Positions 1-9,858 are shown, counted from the first letter of the stretch. The stretch: 64,000 bases of DNA from Chitinophagaceae bacterium (GCA_028288405.1 JAQBNS010000034.1:27221-91220); one strand, 5' to 3'. The notes: generated by a model not told the origin, from the letters alone. Translations and numbers: made by a program.

Positions 1-663
1 AGTCAGCATTTCTACGATTCCATGGATGCCAGTGTAGACAATGATAATTTTGGTGCATTGATTAAATCTCCTTTGGATTTAATGTGCGGTACCTTAAATT
101 TCTTTGAATACAGTATGCCTGATTTTGTAAATGACACGCAATCTTTTTACGAGAAGGCGGGCCACCTCGTGATGGCCTTGTCTGACCAGGGAATGAACTT
201 CGTCAATCCATACGACGTGGCGGGCTACGAAGCCTATCACCAATATCCTTTATTCAACAGGCATTGGATCAATACCAATTCCCTGACACAGCGTTATAAA
301 TTTATTCTTGATACCATGACCACCGACAACATGGATGCCGATGCAGTGACTGTTGATTTGTTGGATTTCTATAGCAATCGTTTTGCAGCCAATGCACTCG
401 ATCCGGATGCCCTGGTCAGAGAAGTTGTTTCTTATTTGTTTCCCTTGTCTACAGAAACAACAGAGATCACCACGGCGCGTCTGGGTTGGTTCAAAACACA
501 ATTTCTAAAACTGGGTGATGTACTCAATCAACCGCAACCTGCCTTCTGGCAATTCAGCTGGAACAACCGCAACGCCATACCGGCCAGTAAAGAAGATGCG
601 CGAGGCATGTTGCAAGACAAGATCAATACGCTATTGCAATCACCGGAGTATCAATTGTTCTAA
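1..663 (+). CDS. DUF1800-family protein, C-terminal part (5' end outside window)
   Basis: Frame 1 is open from base 1 to TAA 661-663. It lies directly upstream of a DUF1501 gene, the usual DUF1800/DUF1501 pairing. Family call is from memory of C-terminal sequence character only. Confidence 0.55.
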   Translation, partial: SQHFYDSMDASVDNDNFGALIKSPLDLMCGTLNFFEYSMPDFVNDTQSFYEKAGHLVMALSDQGMNFVNPYDVAGYEAYHQYPLFNRHWINTNSLTQRYKFILDTMTTDNMDADAVTVDLLDFYSNRFAANALDPDALVREVVSYLFPLSTETTEITTARLGWFKTQFLKLGDVLNQPQPAFWQFSWNNRNAIPASKEDARGMLQDKINTLLQSPEYQLF

Positions 664-679
664 CCTAAGACGGCAACTT

Positions 680-2377
680 ATGAAACGTAGAGATTTTATA
701 AAAAACATGTCCATCTTGGGAGCTTCTCAATTTGTACTCAACAGTGTCCCTTTTAAATTACTGGCGGGAGAAAAGGCGCTTTTGGAAATGGCCGCCAACT
801 GCCCGAATGATCGCGTGTTGATCATTTTACAATTGCATGGAGGAAACGATGGATTGAACATGTTGATTCCAACATTTGATTACGACTTGTATCAAAACCG
901 CAGACCTAACATTGCTATTTCCGATACGGGCAATAGAAAATTCATTCCACTGGACGGCACACTCGCTAATGAAAAACAAGTAGGCCTGCATCCGGATATG
1001 ATCGGGATCAAGCAATTGTACGACGAGGGGAAAGTAGCCATGGTGCAAGGTGTTTCCTATGAAAATCACAACCAGTCGCACTTTAGAGGCCGCGATATTT
1101 TGTTCATGGGAGGAGGCGCAAACGATTACCTCAATTCCGGTTGGGTAGGCCGCTACCTTGAACAAGACATCGCTCCTAAAGTATACCCGCAGGATTTTCC
1201 CAATGCAGACATGAAAGATCCTCTTGCCCTGGAATTCGGCAATGAAGTCTCTCTGATTTTTCATCAAGGTGAAAATATTCCCACTTCCATTTCGATCATC
1301 AATCCGCAACAATTCTTTAACCTCGTAGAAACACTTCCCGGCTTCGAAGACGTGGATGGTCTTGATCCAAGAGGTATTCCGCCTGCCGGTATCAACAATT
1401 CTCCTTATGGAAAAGAATTGAACTGGATTTTAAACCTGGAACAAAAAACTGACGATTACGACGATCGATTGTTACAAGTATACAACGCCGGCAAAGCCAT
1501 GGATCCTAATGTAGCGTACCCCACTACTTATCCCTACAACGCGCCGGAACGTTTTAGAAACAATACCTTATCCGGCCAGTTGCAAATCATTGCCAATCTG
1601 ATTCACGGTGGAAGTAAAACCAAAGTGTACATGGTACGTCTGGGTGGCTTCGATACACACGCGCAGCAGGTAGAAAACTTCGATGCTTCCATGGGTTCGC
1701 ATGCAGCGCTCTTATACCACATTTCTTCCGCGATGAAATCCTTTCAGGACGATTTGAAAGCCAGGACTATTGACGATCGCGTGCTGACTGTAACGACTTC
1801 GGAGTTTGGAAGAAGGATACATTCAAACGGCAGCTACGGTACCGATCACGGAATAGGCGCTCCGCTTTTAGTATTTGGAAAAAATGTACAACCCGGTGTA
1901 GTGGGTGTCAATCCCGATTTGAACGACGACAACGTAGCCATGCAATATGACTACAGACAAGTATACTCTACGGTCATGAAAGAATGGATGTGCGTAGATC
2001 CCGCAGTAGTAGACGGTATTAATGGTGTCTTCTATGGAGATTATGTAGGTAAAGGTTCTATACTTCCTTTAATCAACAACAACAGTACGACTTCCATTTC
2101 ACAATTCATCAAGGACCGTTTTAAACTTCACAATTGCTATCCCAATCCGGCATCCAATTCCACTACCTTCTCCTTTTACATCAATGCGCAAACGGATGTA
2201 CAACTGAAGATTACCGATCTCAATGGGAAAGAAGTAAAAACGGTATTGAATAAATCAATGTCGATGGGCGAACATAAAGTCTCTGTTGATCTTCGTGATC
2301 TGTTGCCGGGTACGTATATTTACCACATCAAAACTACCTTGATGAGTGACTCCAATAAATTAATGATTGTTCGCTAG
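680..2377 (+). CDS. DUF1501 (sulfatase-like) protein with twin-arginine signal and T9SS type-A C-terminal sorting domain
   Basis: In-frame ATG at 680 gives MKRRDFIKNMSILGASQF (Tat RRxFxK motif). Body has DUF1501-like GGFDTH and TSEFGR motifs. C-terminus CYPNPASNSTTFSF...GTYIYHIKT...LMIVR is typical of a Por/T9SS CTD. The 515-679 extension in the ORF track overlaps the upstream gene and looks spurious. Confidence 0.8.
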   Translation: MKRRDFIKNMSILGASQFVLNSVPFKLLAGEKALLEMAANCPNDRVLIILQLHGGNDGLNMLIPTFDYDLYQNRRPNIAISDTGNRKFIPLDGTLANEKQVGLHPDMIGIKQLYDEGKVAMVQGVSYENHNQSHFRGRDILFMGGGANDYLNSGWVGRYLEQDIAPKVYPQDFPNADMKDPLALEFGNEVSLIFHQGENIPTSISIINPQQFFNLVETLPGFEDVDGLDPRGIPPAGINNSPYGKELNWILNLEQKTDDYDDRLLQVYNAGKAMDPNVAYPTTYPYNAPERFRNNTLSGQLQIIANLIHGGSKTKVYMVRLGGFDTHAQQVENFDASMGSHAALLYHISSAMKSFQDDLKARTIDDRVLTVTTSEFGRRIHSNGSYGTDHGIGAPLLVFGKNVQPGVVGVNPDLNDDNVAMQYDYRQVYSTVMKEWMCVDPAVVDGINGVFYGDYVGKGSILPLINNNSTTSISQFIKDRFKLHNCYPNPASNSTTFSFYINAQTDVQLKITDLNGKEVKTVLNKSMSMGEHKVSVDLRDLLPGTYIYHIKTTLMSDSNKLMIVR

Positions 2378-2390
2378 GAAGCGTGATAGG

Positions 2391-3275
2391 ATGAACCGTT
2401 TACTCATACATTTCTCTTTTGTTTTACTTCTGATAGTCAGCCATGCCACGTTTGCACAAAACAGACGTTCAGGCGCGCGCGACAGCAGGGTGTCACAAAA
2501 AGATTTTTTAAACAAGCAGTTTTGGATAGGCTTCAAAGGAGGAATCAATTATACCAAAGCAAAACCGATTGATCGCTATTCTGCTTTTTCTTCCATGAAT
2601 GATCCTTCCGGAAATGGTTTTGATAAGCAATATAAAAATTACTCCAACATGTCCGCTCAATTTGCGCTGGTCATAAATTTCCATTATAAAAATTTCGCTT
2701 TGAGTTTTCAACCCGGTATTCGTCGCATGACTTACCAATACAGCAATACCTATAACTGGAGTGATCCTTCAAACCCCAGTGATTATTTACAACAGGAATA
2801 CAAAGCCGTCAACAAACTGGACTACCTGGAATTTCCTTTGCTTTTGAAATACGAACCCTTGCGTCATACTAAACTGATTCCTTTTGTGCAACTCGGTGTC
2901 TATTACAGCAGACTGAATAACGCGTTCAAAGAAACCACATTGAATGTCACCGATGGTGCAAGCGGAGGCGGAAGTTCTTATGAAGCAGAAAAAATTTCTG
3001 TAGGTGCAAAAGACTTGTACATCCGTTCCAATGTCGGATGGACAGCCGGTGCAGGTGTCAGTTACCCTTTAGGCAATGCCCGTTTCGCATTGGAAATAAA
3101 CTACACACACAACACCAACAACATCACCAATACAGCCAACCGCTACGACAACGACCGACTGACAGGATCAGGAGATATTCCGGACAATATTAAACTGAGA
3201 AATATCAGTGTATCATTTTCGATACTGATGCCTTTGCGTTTTATCATTTTGAAAGAAAATTACAAAACAGAATAA
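2391..3275 (+). CDS. outer-membrane beta-barrel protein (porin-family fold)
   Basis: Signal peptide MNRLLIHFSFVLLLIVSHATFAQ. Alternating aromatic/hydrophobic beta-strand pattern (FWIGFKGGINY, LEFPLLLKY, GWTAGAGVSY, ALEINYTH). Confidence 0.6.
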   Translation: MNRLLIHFSFVLLLIVSHATFAQNRRSGARDSRVSQKDFLNKQFWIGFKGGINYTKAKPIDRYSAFSSMNDPSGNGFDKQYKNYSNMSAQFALVINFHYKNFALSFQPGIRRMTYQYSNTYNWSDPSNPSDYLQQEYKAVNKLDYLEFPLLLKYEPLRHTKLIPFVQLGVYYSRLNNAFKETTLNVTDGASGGGSSYEAEKISVGAKDLYIRSNVGWTAGAGVSYPLGNARFALEINYTHNTNNITNTANRYDNDRLTGSGDIPDNIKLRNISVSFSILMPLRFIILKENYKTE

Positions 3276-4519
3276 TGAGGGCGCCGGTTTTACATAGCAT
3301 TTGTTTATTTCGCGTTTGGCTGCTTGGCTTTGCTCTGATGGGCTTGTTGGCCGGCTGCAAAGAAATCAAAGAGAATAATAAGAATACAGACCCTAAAGCA
3401 AACTTTCTGGTCATCTACGAGAACAATGATTTTTCCAAATCATTTATTCCCGTCGACATACAACAAACATCCGACGGTGGTTACCTGATACTGGCCAAGC
3501 GCAGAATTACAGAATCTTCTTTCTATGGGATATACCTTATGAAAGCAGACAATACCGGTAAGTTCGTTTCAGGAGAAGAAGTGATGACCGATATTGTAAA
3601 TCCGATCAACAACCTTATGAAGGTCGGTAATGCGTTTTATTTCTTTGCGATGGACAGACTTTCATTGGAAGCCAAACTGATGAGCGCCAATGAAGATGGA
3701 ACAGCGACAGAAGTCAGCACCATCAGCGGAGTTATTTATCCATTGTATGCTTCGTTAGATGAAAATACAGGTCAATTTTTATTGCAACATTATAACCGCG
3801 ATGAATTAAAAACGGTAGTGAGTAGAATATCAACCGCCGGCGCCGTCACGGCGCAAAGAGAATTTAACATTGGCTTCGGAGATTTTGATGTGGAAGAACC
3901 CATCATTGATCACTTGACTGGCAATGGCAAAAAACTTCCTTTCCTGGTAGGCTCTGCAGGAAGTGGTACTTACTATTTCAATGGTTTTTATAATTATACC
4001 TTGTCTACCGTATTCTTTAGTTTCAACACCGCTACACCAGGATTGCTGCAAGGCTATAAAGATGAAAAATGCATCAGTGCCATGGTCAATCAGGGGAGCA
4101 ATACTTTTGCCACTGCAAAATATGCCTACGGCACGAATACCTTCTCTCCTCATGCCACCATCAATACGGCCTCAGGCAGTATTGCCAGCAATAGTGATTT
4201 AACAGGAAATATTATTCTGGAACTCAAACCCGACGCTCAGGTAGTGCTTAAACAAATCATCGGACAAGGATCGCCAGTCATGGCCTACAACAGCGATACA
4301 AAAAATGCGCAGATCACACTGTATTTTTATGATCCTACATCCGGCAATTTCCGGGGATCAAAACATTTTGGGTACTCGAATCCCTACGAAGCCGGAAACT
4401 TTATTCAAACATCAGACGGAGGATTGGCTTTAGTCGGGACCACTTATGTTGCCGGTAGATTCCCGAGGATTGTCTTGATAAAAATGTCACAAGACGAACT
4501 GAACAAAGACATTCATTAA
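3275..4519 (+). CDS. lipoprotein of unknown function (repeated SDGGY/SDGGL beta-propeller-like motifs)
   Basis: ATG overlaps the upstream TAA (TAATG). Lipobox LLAGC. TSDGGYLILA and TSDGGLALVG motifs near the N and C termini. Confidence 0.6.
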   Translation: MRAPVLHSICLFRVWLLGFALMGLLAGCKEIKENNKNTDPKANFLVIYENNDFSKSFIPVDIQQTSDGGYLILAKRRITESSFYGIYLMKADNTGKFVSGEEVMTDIVNPINNLMKVGNAFYFFAMDRLSLEAKLMSANEDGTATEVSTISGVIYPLYASLDENTGQFLLQHYNRDELKTVVSRISTAGAVTAQREFNIGFGDFDVEEPIIDHLTGNGKKLPFLVGSAGSGTYYFNGFYNYTLSTVFFSFNTATPGLLQGYKDEKCISAMVNQGSNTFATAKYAYGTNTFSPHATINTASGSIASNSDLTGNIILELKPDAQVVLKQIIGQGSPVMAYNSDTKNAQITLYFYDPTSGNFRGSKHFGYSNPYEAGNFIQTSDGGLALVGTTYVAGRFPRIVLIKMSQDELNKDIH

Positions 4520-4584
4520 GGAACGAGCTAGGAGCTAGGAGGGACGTGATTATCGCCGTCCCTCCTAGCTCCTAGCTCGTTTCC
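4520..4584. repeat. R1 palindromic intergenic repeat (heptamer modules GGAACGA-GCTAGGA-GCTAGGA-GGGACG plus complement)
   Basis: About 27 bp arms at 4520-4546 and 4557-4584, complementary except for one extra T, with a 10 nt loop. It fills the gap between two convergent stop codons (4519 and 4589). Confidence 0.85.
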
Positions 4585-4588
4585 AATT

Positions 4589-5131
4589 TTATTTTTTCTC
4601 AAGGATGGCTTTCAAATCATCCAATCCTTTTTGCAAATCCTTGCCCAACATGGCATCCATGTCGCAGAACACTAACATAAGATTTGATGGGTATTTCATT
4701 TTGCCGTCAAAGCCCCATACTACTCTTGTCTGAGTACTGTCTATTGTAGTCAGGTTGAAATAAGCATGATCGTGTCCTTCAAACGGTTCGATGAAGTGAA
4801 GATCGAAATCCACTTGCTCTCCTTCTTTCAGTGCTGTAATCGTCTGCTCTCCCTGGCCTACTTCTTTGTTCTCGCTTTTCCAGGATGCCATGGCACCTAC
4901 TGTTCCGTCTGTACCTTTAAATTCTTTTTTCATAGCCGGATCTTTTCTGTTCCACACACTGAATTCGTCCTGACTCTTCAAGTACTTGACATAATCGTAT
5001 ACTTGTTGTTTGGGTTTGTTAATGGTTACTTCTCTTTTTACAGCGAATTCACTTTTCGTAAATGCTGCGGTAAGCAATGCCAATGCGATGATACCGACAA
5101 TGACAAGTCCGATGATTTTTAAAATTTTCAT
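4589..5131 (-). CDS. SRPBCC (START/polyketide-cyclase-like) family protein with N-terminal membrane anchor
   Basis: Start chosen at MKILKIIGLVIVGIIALALL (TM helix). Remainder resembles SRPBCC/AHSA1-type proteins. Confidence 0.65.
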   Translation of the reverse strand: MKILKIIGLVIVGIIALALLTAAFTKSEFAVKREVTINKPKQQVYDYVKYLKSQDEFSVWNRKDPAMKKEFKGTDGTVGAMASWKSENKEVGQGEQTITALKEGEQVDFDLHFIEPFEGHDHAYFNLTTIDSTQTRVVWGFDGKMKYPSNLMLVFCDMDAMLGKDLQKGLDDLKAILEKK

Positions 5132-5169
5132 AATTGGTTTGTTTAGTTTGTTTGGTGAATAAAAAATAA

Positions 5170-5586
5170 TTATTGAAGCGGATATTTCTTGTCTACCCAA
5201 TCTTTATTGAAATCAGTAGGCAGGTTTAATATTTTATAATGCGTATAGCCAAGACCAGACAATACTTTATCTGCTTCATGGATGTTCCAGCAATCTTCCA
5301 GTTTACAGCATCCGCAATACACCACCACCTCACTGTTCTTTGGAATATTTTTCAGTGTAGATTTTAATTTCTCTCTGTTTGCCGGATCTTCTGCGTTACC
5401 GATCAGCTGAGAACCCGGAATCGGTGCGGAAGGACCAACGTTAAGAATAATAGGTTTCTTAGCTGCAGGTGTTTTTAATCGTTCTGCCAACTGAGCGGGA
5501 TCCATTAATTTTTCAGGTGTATAAGCAAATGCAATGGCGAGTGCCATTGCAACAAGTCCTGTGAAAAAAAATATAGCCTTTCTCAT
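5170..5586 (-). CDS. rhodanese-like domain protein, secreted
   Basis: Signal peptide, then VVVYCGCCKLEDCWN, which resembles the rhodanese-like active-site loop region of Bacteroidota homologs (from memory). Confidence 0.5.
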   Translation of the reverse strand: MRKAIFFFTGLVAMALAIAFAYTPEKLMDPAQLAERLKTPAAKKPIILNVGPSAPIPGSQLIGNAEDPANREKLKSTLKNIPKNSEVVVYCGCCKLEDCWNIHEADKVLSGLGYTHYKILNLPTDFNKDWVDKKYPLQ

Positions 5587-5592
5587 ATACTG

Positions 5593-5997
5593 CTATTTAA
5601 TTGTGCTTAACCATTCTTTTGCGTCCTCTAAACCATCAAAAAAATTAATGGTTAGTTTTTCTTTGTCTACTTTATAAGAGACACTTTCAACAGCCACCTT
5701 ATTAAAATAATGATCAGGTTTGATCATGGCTATCGCTTTAAATCCGAATTTAATCGCTCTTGGTAAAAAATCATTATTCATCCACTCCTGATCTTCTTTC
5801 CCGATCATGATCATGTCTTTTATATCGGCCAGTACTTTAGCGGTACGATTTTGAATTAATAGATTTAACATCAACTCTGTGCCTTCTCTGAATTGTGCGG
5901 TAGTAGCATAGCCATACCATTCCATGACTACAGCGTCCTGCTGTTCGTCAAAATAGATGTTGTAGGTTTTTGTATTTGCTTCCATAGGATTGCTCAT
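5593..5997 (-). CDS. hypothetical protein (possibly STAS/SpoIIAA-like fold)
   Basis: Clean 134 aa ORF, 6 nt upstream of the next gene on the same strand. No diagnostic motif recognised. Confidence 0.45.
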   Translation of the reverse strand: MSNPMEANTKTYNIYFDEQQDAVVMEWYGYATTAQFREGTELMLNLLIQNRTAKVLADIKDMIMIGKEDQEWMNNDFLPRAIKFGFKAIAMIKPDHYFNKVAVESVSYKVDKEKLTINFFDGLEDAKEWLSTIK

Positions 5998-6031
5998 AGG
6001 ACTAAATTAATAAATAACTTATAAAGAGCAA

Positions 6032-6095
6032 GAAGGTACGAGGTACGAGCGAGGATTTATGAAAATTTCCTGGCTCCTCGCTCGTACTTCGTCCC
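6032..6095. repeat. R1 palindromic intergenic repeat (GGTACGA-GGTACGA-GCGAGGA variant)
   Basis: 13 bp perfect stem gtacgagcgagga / tcctcgctcgtac (6043-6055 with 6075-6087). It ends immediately before the rlmF stop codon at 6096. Confidence 0.75.
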
Positions 6096-7121
6096 TTATT
6101 TATTCCATCTCTTCAAAGCCCATTCGCTCTGTTCTTCTTCCGAAAAGAAAGTCCAGGCTACAAATCGGCTGGACTTTTGTCCCTGCGACATATCAATGGT
6201 TTTAACATCCTTTACTTTTATTTGTTTCAATGCCCAATAGATGGCCGGCAGATTTTCTTTTTTAGAAACCAAAGCCGTGAACCACAAACAACGCGTGGAC
6301 ATTTCTACGCTTTGATCAATCATGCGGCGAATAAAAGCCGCTTCTCCTCCTTCACACCACAACTCTGTCTGTTGACCACCAAAATTCAATGCCGGTTTTG
6401 CAGGTTGTTTCGTTCCGAGATTATTCCATTTCCTTCTGGTTCCCGCCAGTGCTTCTTCTTCCGATGCATGAAAAGGAGGATTGCATACGACTAAGTCAAA
6501 TACTTCTCCCGGCCTCATTACTCCTCTGAAAATAGTGGTAGGGAAATCCTGAAAACGGCATTCGAGTACATCCTCTAAATCGCCATTGGATTTTATAATG
6601 CGCTGCGCCGCTTGAATGGCTTCTGAATCAATATCAGAACCAACAAAGCGCCAGCCGTATTCATGATTTCCAATCAAAGGATAAATAAAATTAGCCCCCG
6701 TACCAATGTCCAAAACCCTTACTGACGTACCTTTCGGAACTATACCTCCATTGGCTTCTGCCAGCAGGTCCGCCGCATAATGCATGTAATCTGCGCGACC
6801 CGGAACAGGCGGACAAAGAAAATGCTCAGGAATATCCCAGTAATCTATTTTATAAAAATGCTTCAACAAGGCTTTGTTCAATGCCTTCACCGCTTCAGGA
6901 TTAGAGAAGTCAACGGATTCATCGCCATACGTATTCACAGCGACAAATGCTGACAGCGCCGGATGTGCGGCTATGAGCGCTTTGAAATCATAGCGTGAAC
7001 GATGCTTGTTGCGCGGATGCAAGTTGTTTTTTTCTGTATTTCTTTCTTCAGGAGAGGTAGACAAAGTCTTTCGCTTAACAGTTATGCAGCATGCACAACT
7101 TTTTACACTGAAAGATACCAA
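6096..7121 (-). CDS. rlmF: 23S rRNA (adenine1618-N6)-methyltransferase
   Basis: LHPRNKHRSRYDF..., FLCPPVPGRADYMHY and NPPFH motifs match E. coli RlmF. Start is uncertain; an in-frame TTG at 7061 would give a more typical N-terminus. Confidence 0.8.
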   Translation of the reverse strand: MVSFSVKSCACCITVKRKTLSTSPEERNTEKNNLHPRNKHRSRYDFKALIAAHPALSAFVAVNTYGDESVDFSNPEAVKALNKALLKHFYKIDYWDIPEHFLCPPVPGRADYMHYAADLLAEANGGIVPKGTSVRVLDIGTGANFIYPLIGNHEYGWRFVGSDIDSEAIQAAQRIIKSNGDLEDVLECRFQDFPTTIFRGVMRPGEVFDLVVCNPPFHASEEEALAGTRRKWNNLGTKQPAKPALNFGGQQTELWCEGGEAAFIRRMIDQSVEMSTRCLWFTALVSKKENLPAIYWALKQIKVKDVKTIDMSQGQKSSRFVAWTFFSEEEQSEWALKRWNK

Positions 7122-7183
7122 AAAAATCGGAGCGTTCTCTGAAAACGCTCCGATGCATTATGAGTAGATAAAAAAATAGAAGC

Positions 7184-8512
7184 TCATTGAATAATGAGTT
7201 TTTGAGTGGCCTCCCCAATTTTAACCAGGTATAAACCCGATGGAAAAGTAGAAACATCAACCGTTGTTTTTTGTGTCATCAATTCCTCCTGATACCACAC
7301 TTCTCCGATCATACTTACAATCTGAAGGTAGGGATGAACCTGACCCGTCTTATTATTTTCAATAGTGATTTGGCCCTGAGCCGGGTTAGGGTATACCGTT
7401 AAAGCTTCTATGACGGCCGGTTGCTCTGCTTCTGTAGTGACACAACTAAAGATGGAGGCATAGTTAGTCGCATAGGCATTGCCTCCATCGTAATCGTCAT
7501 TAATCGACCAGGCTGCCATCCCTCTCAAATCCGGATAACCACCGGTTGTCGCTAATGTATAAGTGCCGGGTTTCGCTCCCGTTCCTCTTAAGTAATTGAT
7601 CGCTGATTTCACTACAGCCGGAATAGCGTAACCACTGCCTGCAGAGCTCGACTTAGCCGGTAGCGTAACCACCACCTTGCTGGCCGGTAATCCGGAATAA
7701 ACACCTCTTGAACTTTTACAAGTAAATCCCTTAATGATAGCTTCGGTCTGACTTACAATATAATCCGCCGTACCGTTCGTATAAGAAACGCCATTCAATC
7801 CTGTATTCTGACCGGCATTGTACAATTGCACCATCAACAGATCGATGTCATCATGCAACGCTTCAATGATCGGAAGATAAGCCACCCCATAGGTATCCGT
7901 TTGGTACTGAGAAAGACCTCCCGTTACATATGCGGTTTCAGGAACCAGCGTAAGAATCATCTTTTTGCTGTATGTCGTTTGGTACCAAGTCAACAGTTGC
8001 TGTAACCCGGAAATAAGATTGGCAATGTGTGTGGAAGGATTACTGATGGTGCCTGCCTGATTCAAATAAGAACTTTGCTCTAAGTCTATATCAATACCAT
8101 CTACTCCGTACGTTTGTATAATAGCTTTTACTTTGCTTACGAAAGTATTGACATCCGCAGTAGTATTTAATTTAAACGAGCCGTTTGCACCACCTATACT
8201 CATCAATACTTTTCTTCCTTGTGCCTGAACAACAGGAATATCAGCCAGAAGATTAGCGCTTTGTCTGGCATAAAAACTCAGGTTGCTGACTGTATTGTTC
8301 GTGTAGTCCGCGTCTCCTCCATTGGCTTCAAAAAAAGCGAGGCAAATGACATTATAATTGCTGTTTACATCCTTCAAACGGATATTTGTTCCCCAGGAAG
8401 ATTGGTAATAACCGACTAAAACTTTGCAAGGCAATTGCGCAAAACTACTTTCGCAAACGATAAAAAATCCTAAAATAAAGAGGGTACCTAAATAAACTAT
8501 CTTTCTTTTCAT
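7184..8512 (-). CDS. glycoside hydrolase family 18 chitinase with T9SS type-A C-terminal sorting domain
   Basis: Signal peptide. GH18 catalytic motif DGIDIDLE. C-terminal VYPNPAQGQITIEN...GLYLVKIGEATQKLIIQ sorting domain. Confidence 0.85.
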   Translation of the reverse strand: MKRKIVYLGTLFILGFFIVCESSFAQLPCKVLVGYYQSSWGTNIRLKDVNSNYNVICLAFFEANGGDADYTNNTVSNLSFYARQSANLLADIPVVQAQGRKVLMSIGGANGSFKLNTTADVNTFVSKVKAIIQTYGVDGIDIDLEQSSYLNQAGTISNPSTHIANLISGLQQLLTWYQTTYSKKMILTLVPETAYVTGGLSQYQTDTYGVAYLPIIEALHDDIDLLMVQLYNAGQNTGLNGVSYTNGTADYIVSQTEAIIKGFTCKSSRGVYSGLPASKVVVTLPAKSSSAGSGYAIPAVVKSAINYLRGTGAKPGTYTLATTGGYPDLRGMAAWSINDDYDGGNAYATNYASIFSCVTTEAEQPAVIEALTVYPNPAQGQITIENNKTGQVHPYLQIVSMIGEVWYQEELMTQKTTVDVSTFPSGLYLVKIGEATQKLIIQ

Positions 8513-8711
8513 CTGTCTGGAGTAATAGGATAACCAAAAATATTAGATTTAACCCAGAAAAAATTTGCATATTCCGGCATAACCTTCGCATTTTGCGAAT
8601 AAGTCCCAAACGGTTTATTTAAGCGGTAAAAACTGAATTTGCAAAGTGAAAACCTTATTTTGCAAAGTCGTAAGATGAATACTATTACACTTTTGATTAA
8701 AACTGAAGCAC

Positions 8712-9800
8712 ATGTCGAATAAAAAATTGATTACGATCTGTCTAATCGCAACAGCGGTGGTCGTCTTAATCATTGGCGGCTTCTTATATAGAGAAGACTC
8801 TCTCGTTGTAGTTCCTTTTTCTTCTTCTACCATTGCTCTGGATACTTACCACGAAGAAGGTCCTGTATTTTCTCAAACATCCTGCAAGCACACAGACAAA
8901 GGAATTGTTTTTGACTATACCTTGTCTTCCGCTTTTCCTGAACCTTTTGCTGCCGTCTATTGGGAAGATACCGCTTCTCCGAAGCATCTCTACGATGCCT
9001 CGACTTATGATATGCTGGAAGTGCGCCTGCGCGCTGTCAAAGCGACTCGCATTCCCATTACCTTTAGAGTATCTAAAAATTTGGTGTTTGGTAAAGATAC
9101 CGTGAACATTATACCCTATGTGTTAGTTGTTGATCACACAGGCAGAGACACGACATACAAACTTCGTTTGAGTAATTTCAAAGTGCCTAGCTGGTGGTTG
9201 CGTTTGTATAAAATTCCTGAAACGGATTTTGAAAAAGCTGACCTGGCTCACATCGGGGATTTCGTCATAGGAAGCTGTCAGGCGCTTGGCCCGGATATTC
9301 CGGACACCATGACTATTTCTAATGTACGTTTCGTAGCCTCTAACCGTACTTTAATCATTGTAGTATTCAGCATTTGGGGCGTCTTGCTCGCTGCCGGGCT
9401 ATACATTAATCTGTGGAAGAAAAAACAAATCAGTAGTTTGCAGATCGCTTATACGCCTTTGCCTGTATCTGAAACACAAACAGGCGAGTTTGGGAAAATA
9501 GCAGATTTCATCGCGCAAAATTATCCCAATGCGGAGCTCAGTCTCACGGATGTACAGAACGGCGTAGGCATCAACGGTAAAGCCATTTCCAGACTGATCA
9601 AAGAAAATTTACAGATCTCTTTTACGGATTACCTCAACCAATTGCGCATCACAGAAGTGAAACGTCTATTGAAAGAAACCAAGTTGCCTATTTCCGACAT
9701 CGCTTATAAAGTAGGCTATAACAACATCTCGCATTTCAACAGAGTGTTCAAAGGCATCACCGGTAAGACGCCGAAGGCTTTTAGAGAAGAAGAAGTATAG
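8712..9800 (+). CDS. membrane-anchored AraC-family transcriptional regulator (TM / extracytoplasmic domain / TM / HTH)
   Basis: TM helices near residues 8-27 and about 213-233. C-terminal AraC HTH (ISDIAYKVGYNNISHFNRVFKGITGKTPKAFR). Confidence 0.8.
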   Translation: MSNKKLITICLIATAVVVLIIGGFLYREDSLVVVPFSSSTIALDTYHEEGPVFSQTSCKHTDKGIVFDYTLSSAFPEPFAAVYWEDTASPKHLYDASTYDMLEVRLRAVKATRIPITFRVSKNLVFGKDTVNIIPYVLVVDHTGRDTTYKLRLSNFKVPSWWLRLYKIPETDFEKADLAHIGDFVIGSCQALGPDIPDTMTISNVRFVASNRTLIIVVFSIWGVLLAAGLYINLWKKKQISSLQIAYTPLPVSETQTGEFGKIADFIAQNYPNAELSLTDVQNGVGINGKAISRLIKENLQISFTDYLNQLRITEVKRLLKETKLPISDIAYKVGYNNISHFNRVFKGITGKTPKAFREEEV

Positions 9801-9819
9801 ATATCAATATGTTATTAAC

Positions 9820-9858
9820 AAAAAGAGTCCCGCTAAATAATTAGCGGGACTCTTTTTG
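9820..9858. terminator. bidirectional intrinsic terminator
   Basis: Stem gagtcccgctaa / ttagcgggactc with 4 nt loop, flanked by an A-run and a T-run, between convergent genes. Confidence 0.85.

Noticed and set aside
515-679. N-terminal 55 aa extension of the DUF1501 ORF
   Set aside because: It overlaps the 3' end of the upstream DUF1800 gene in another frame and is Cys/Arg-rich nonsense. The internal ATG at 680 yields a textbook Tat signal.
4780-4800. GGTTCGA-type strings that might mark tRNA T-arms (here and at about 35020 and 48515)
   Set aside because: All lie inside well-supported protein-coding ORFs, and no cloverleaf can be drawn around them. No tRNA or rRNA genes were found in the window.
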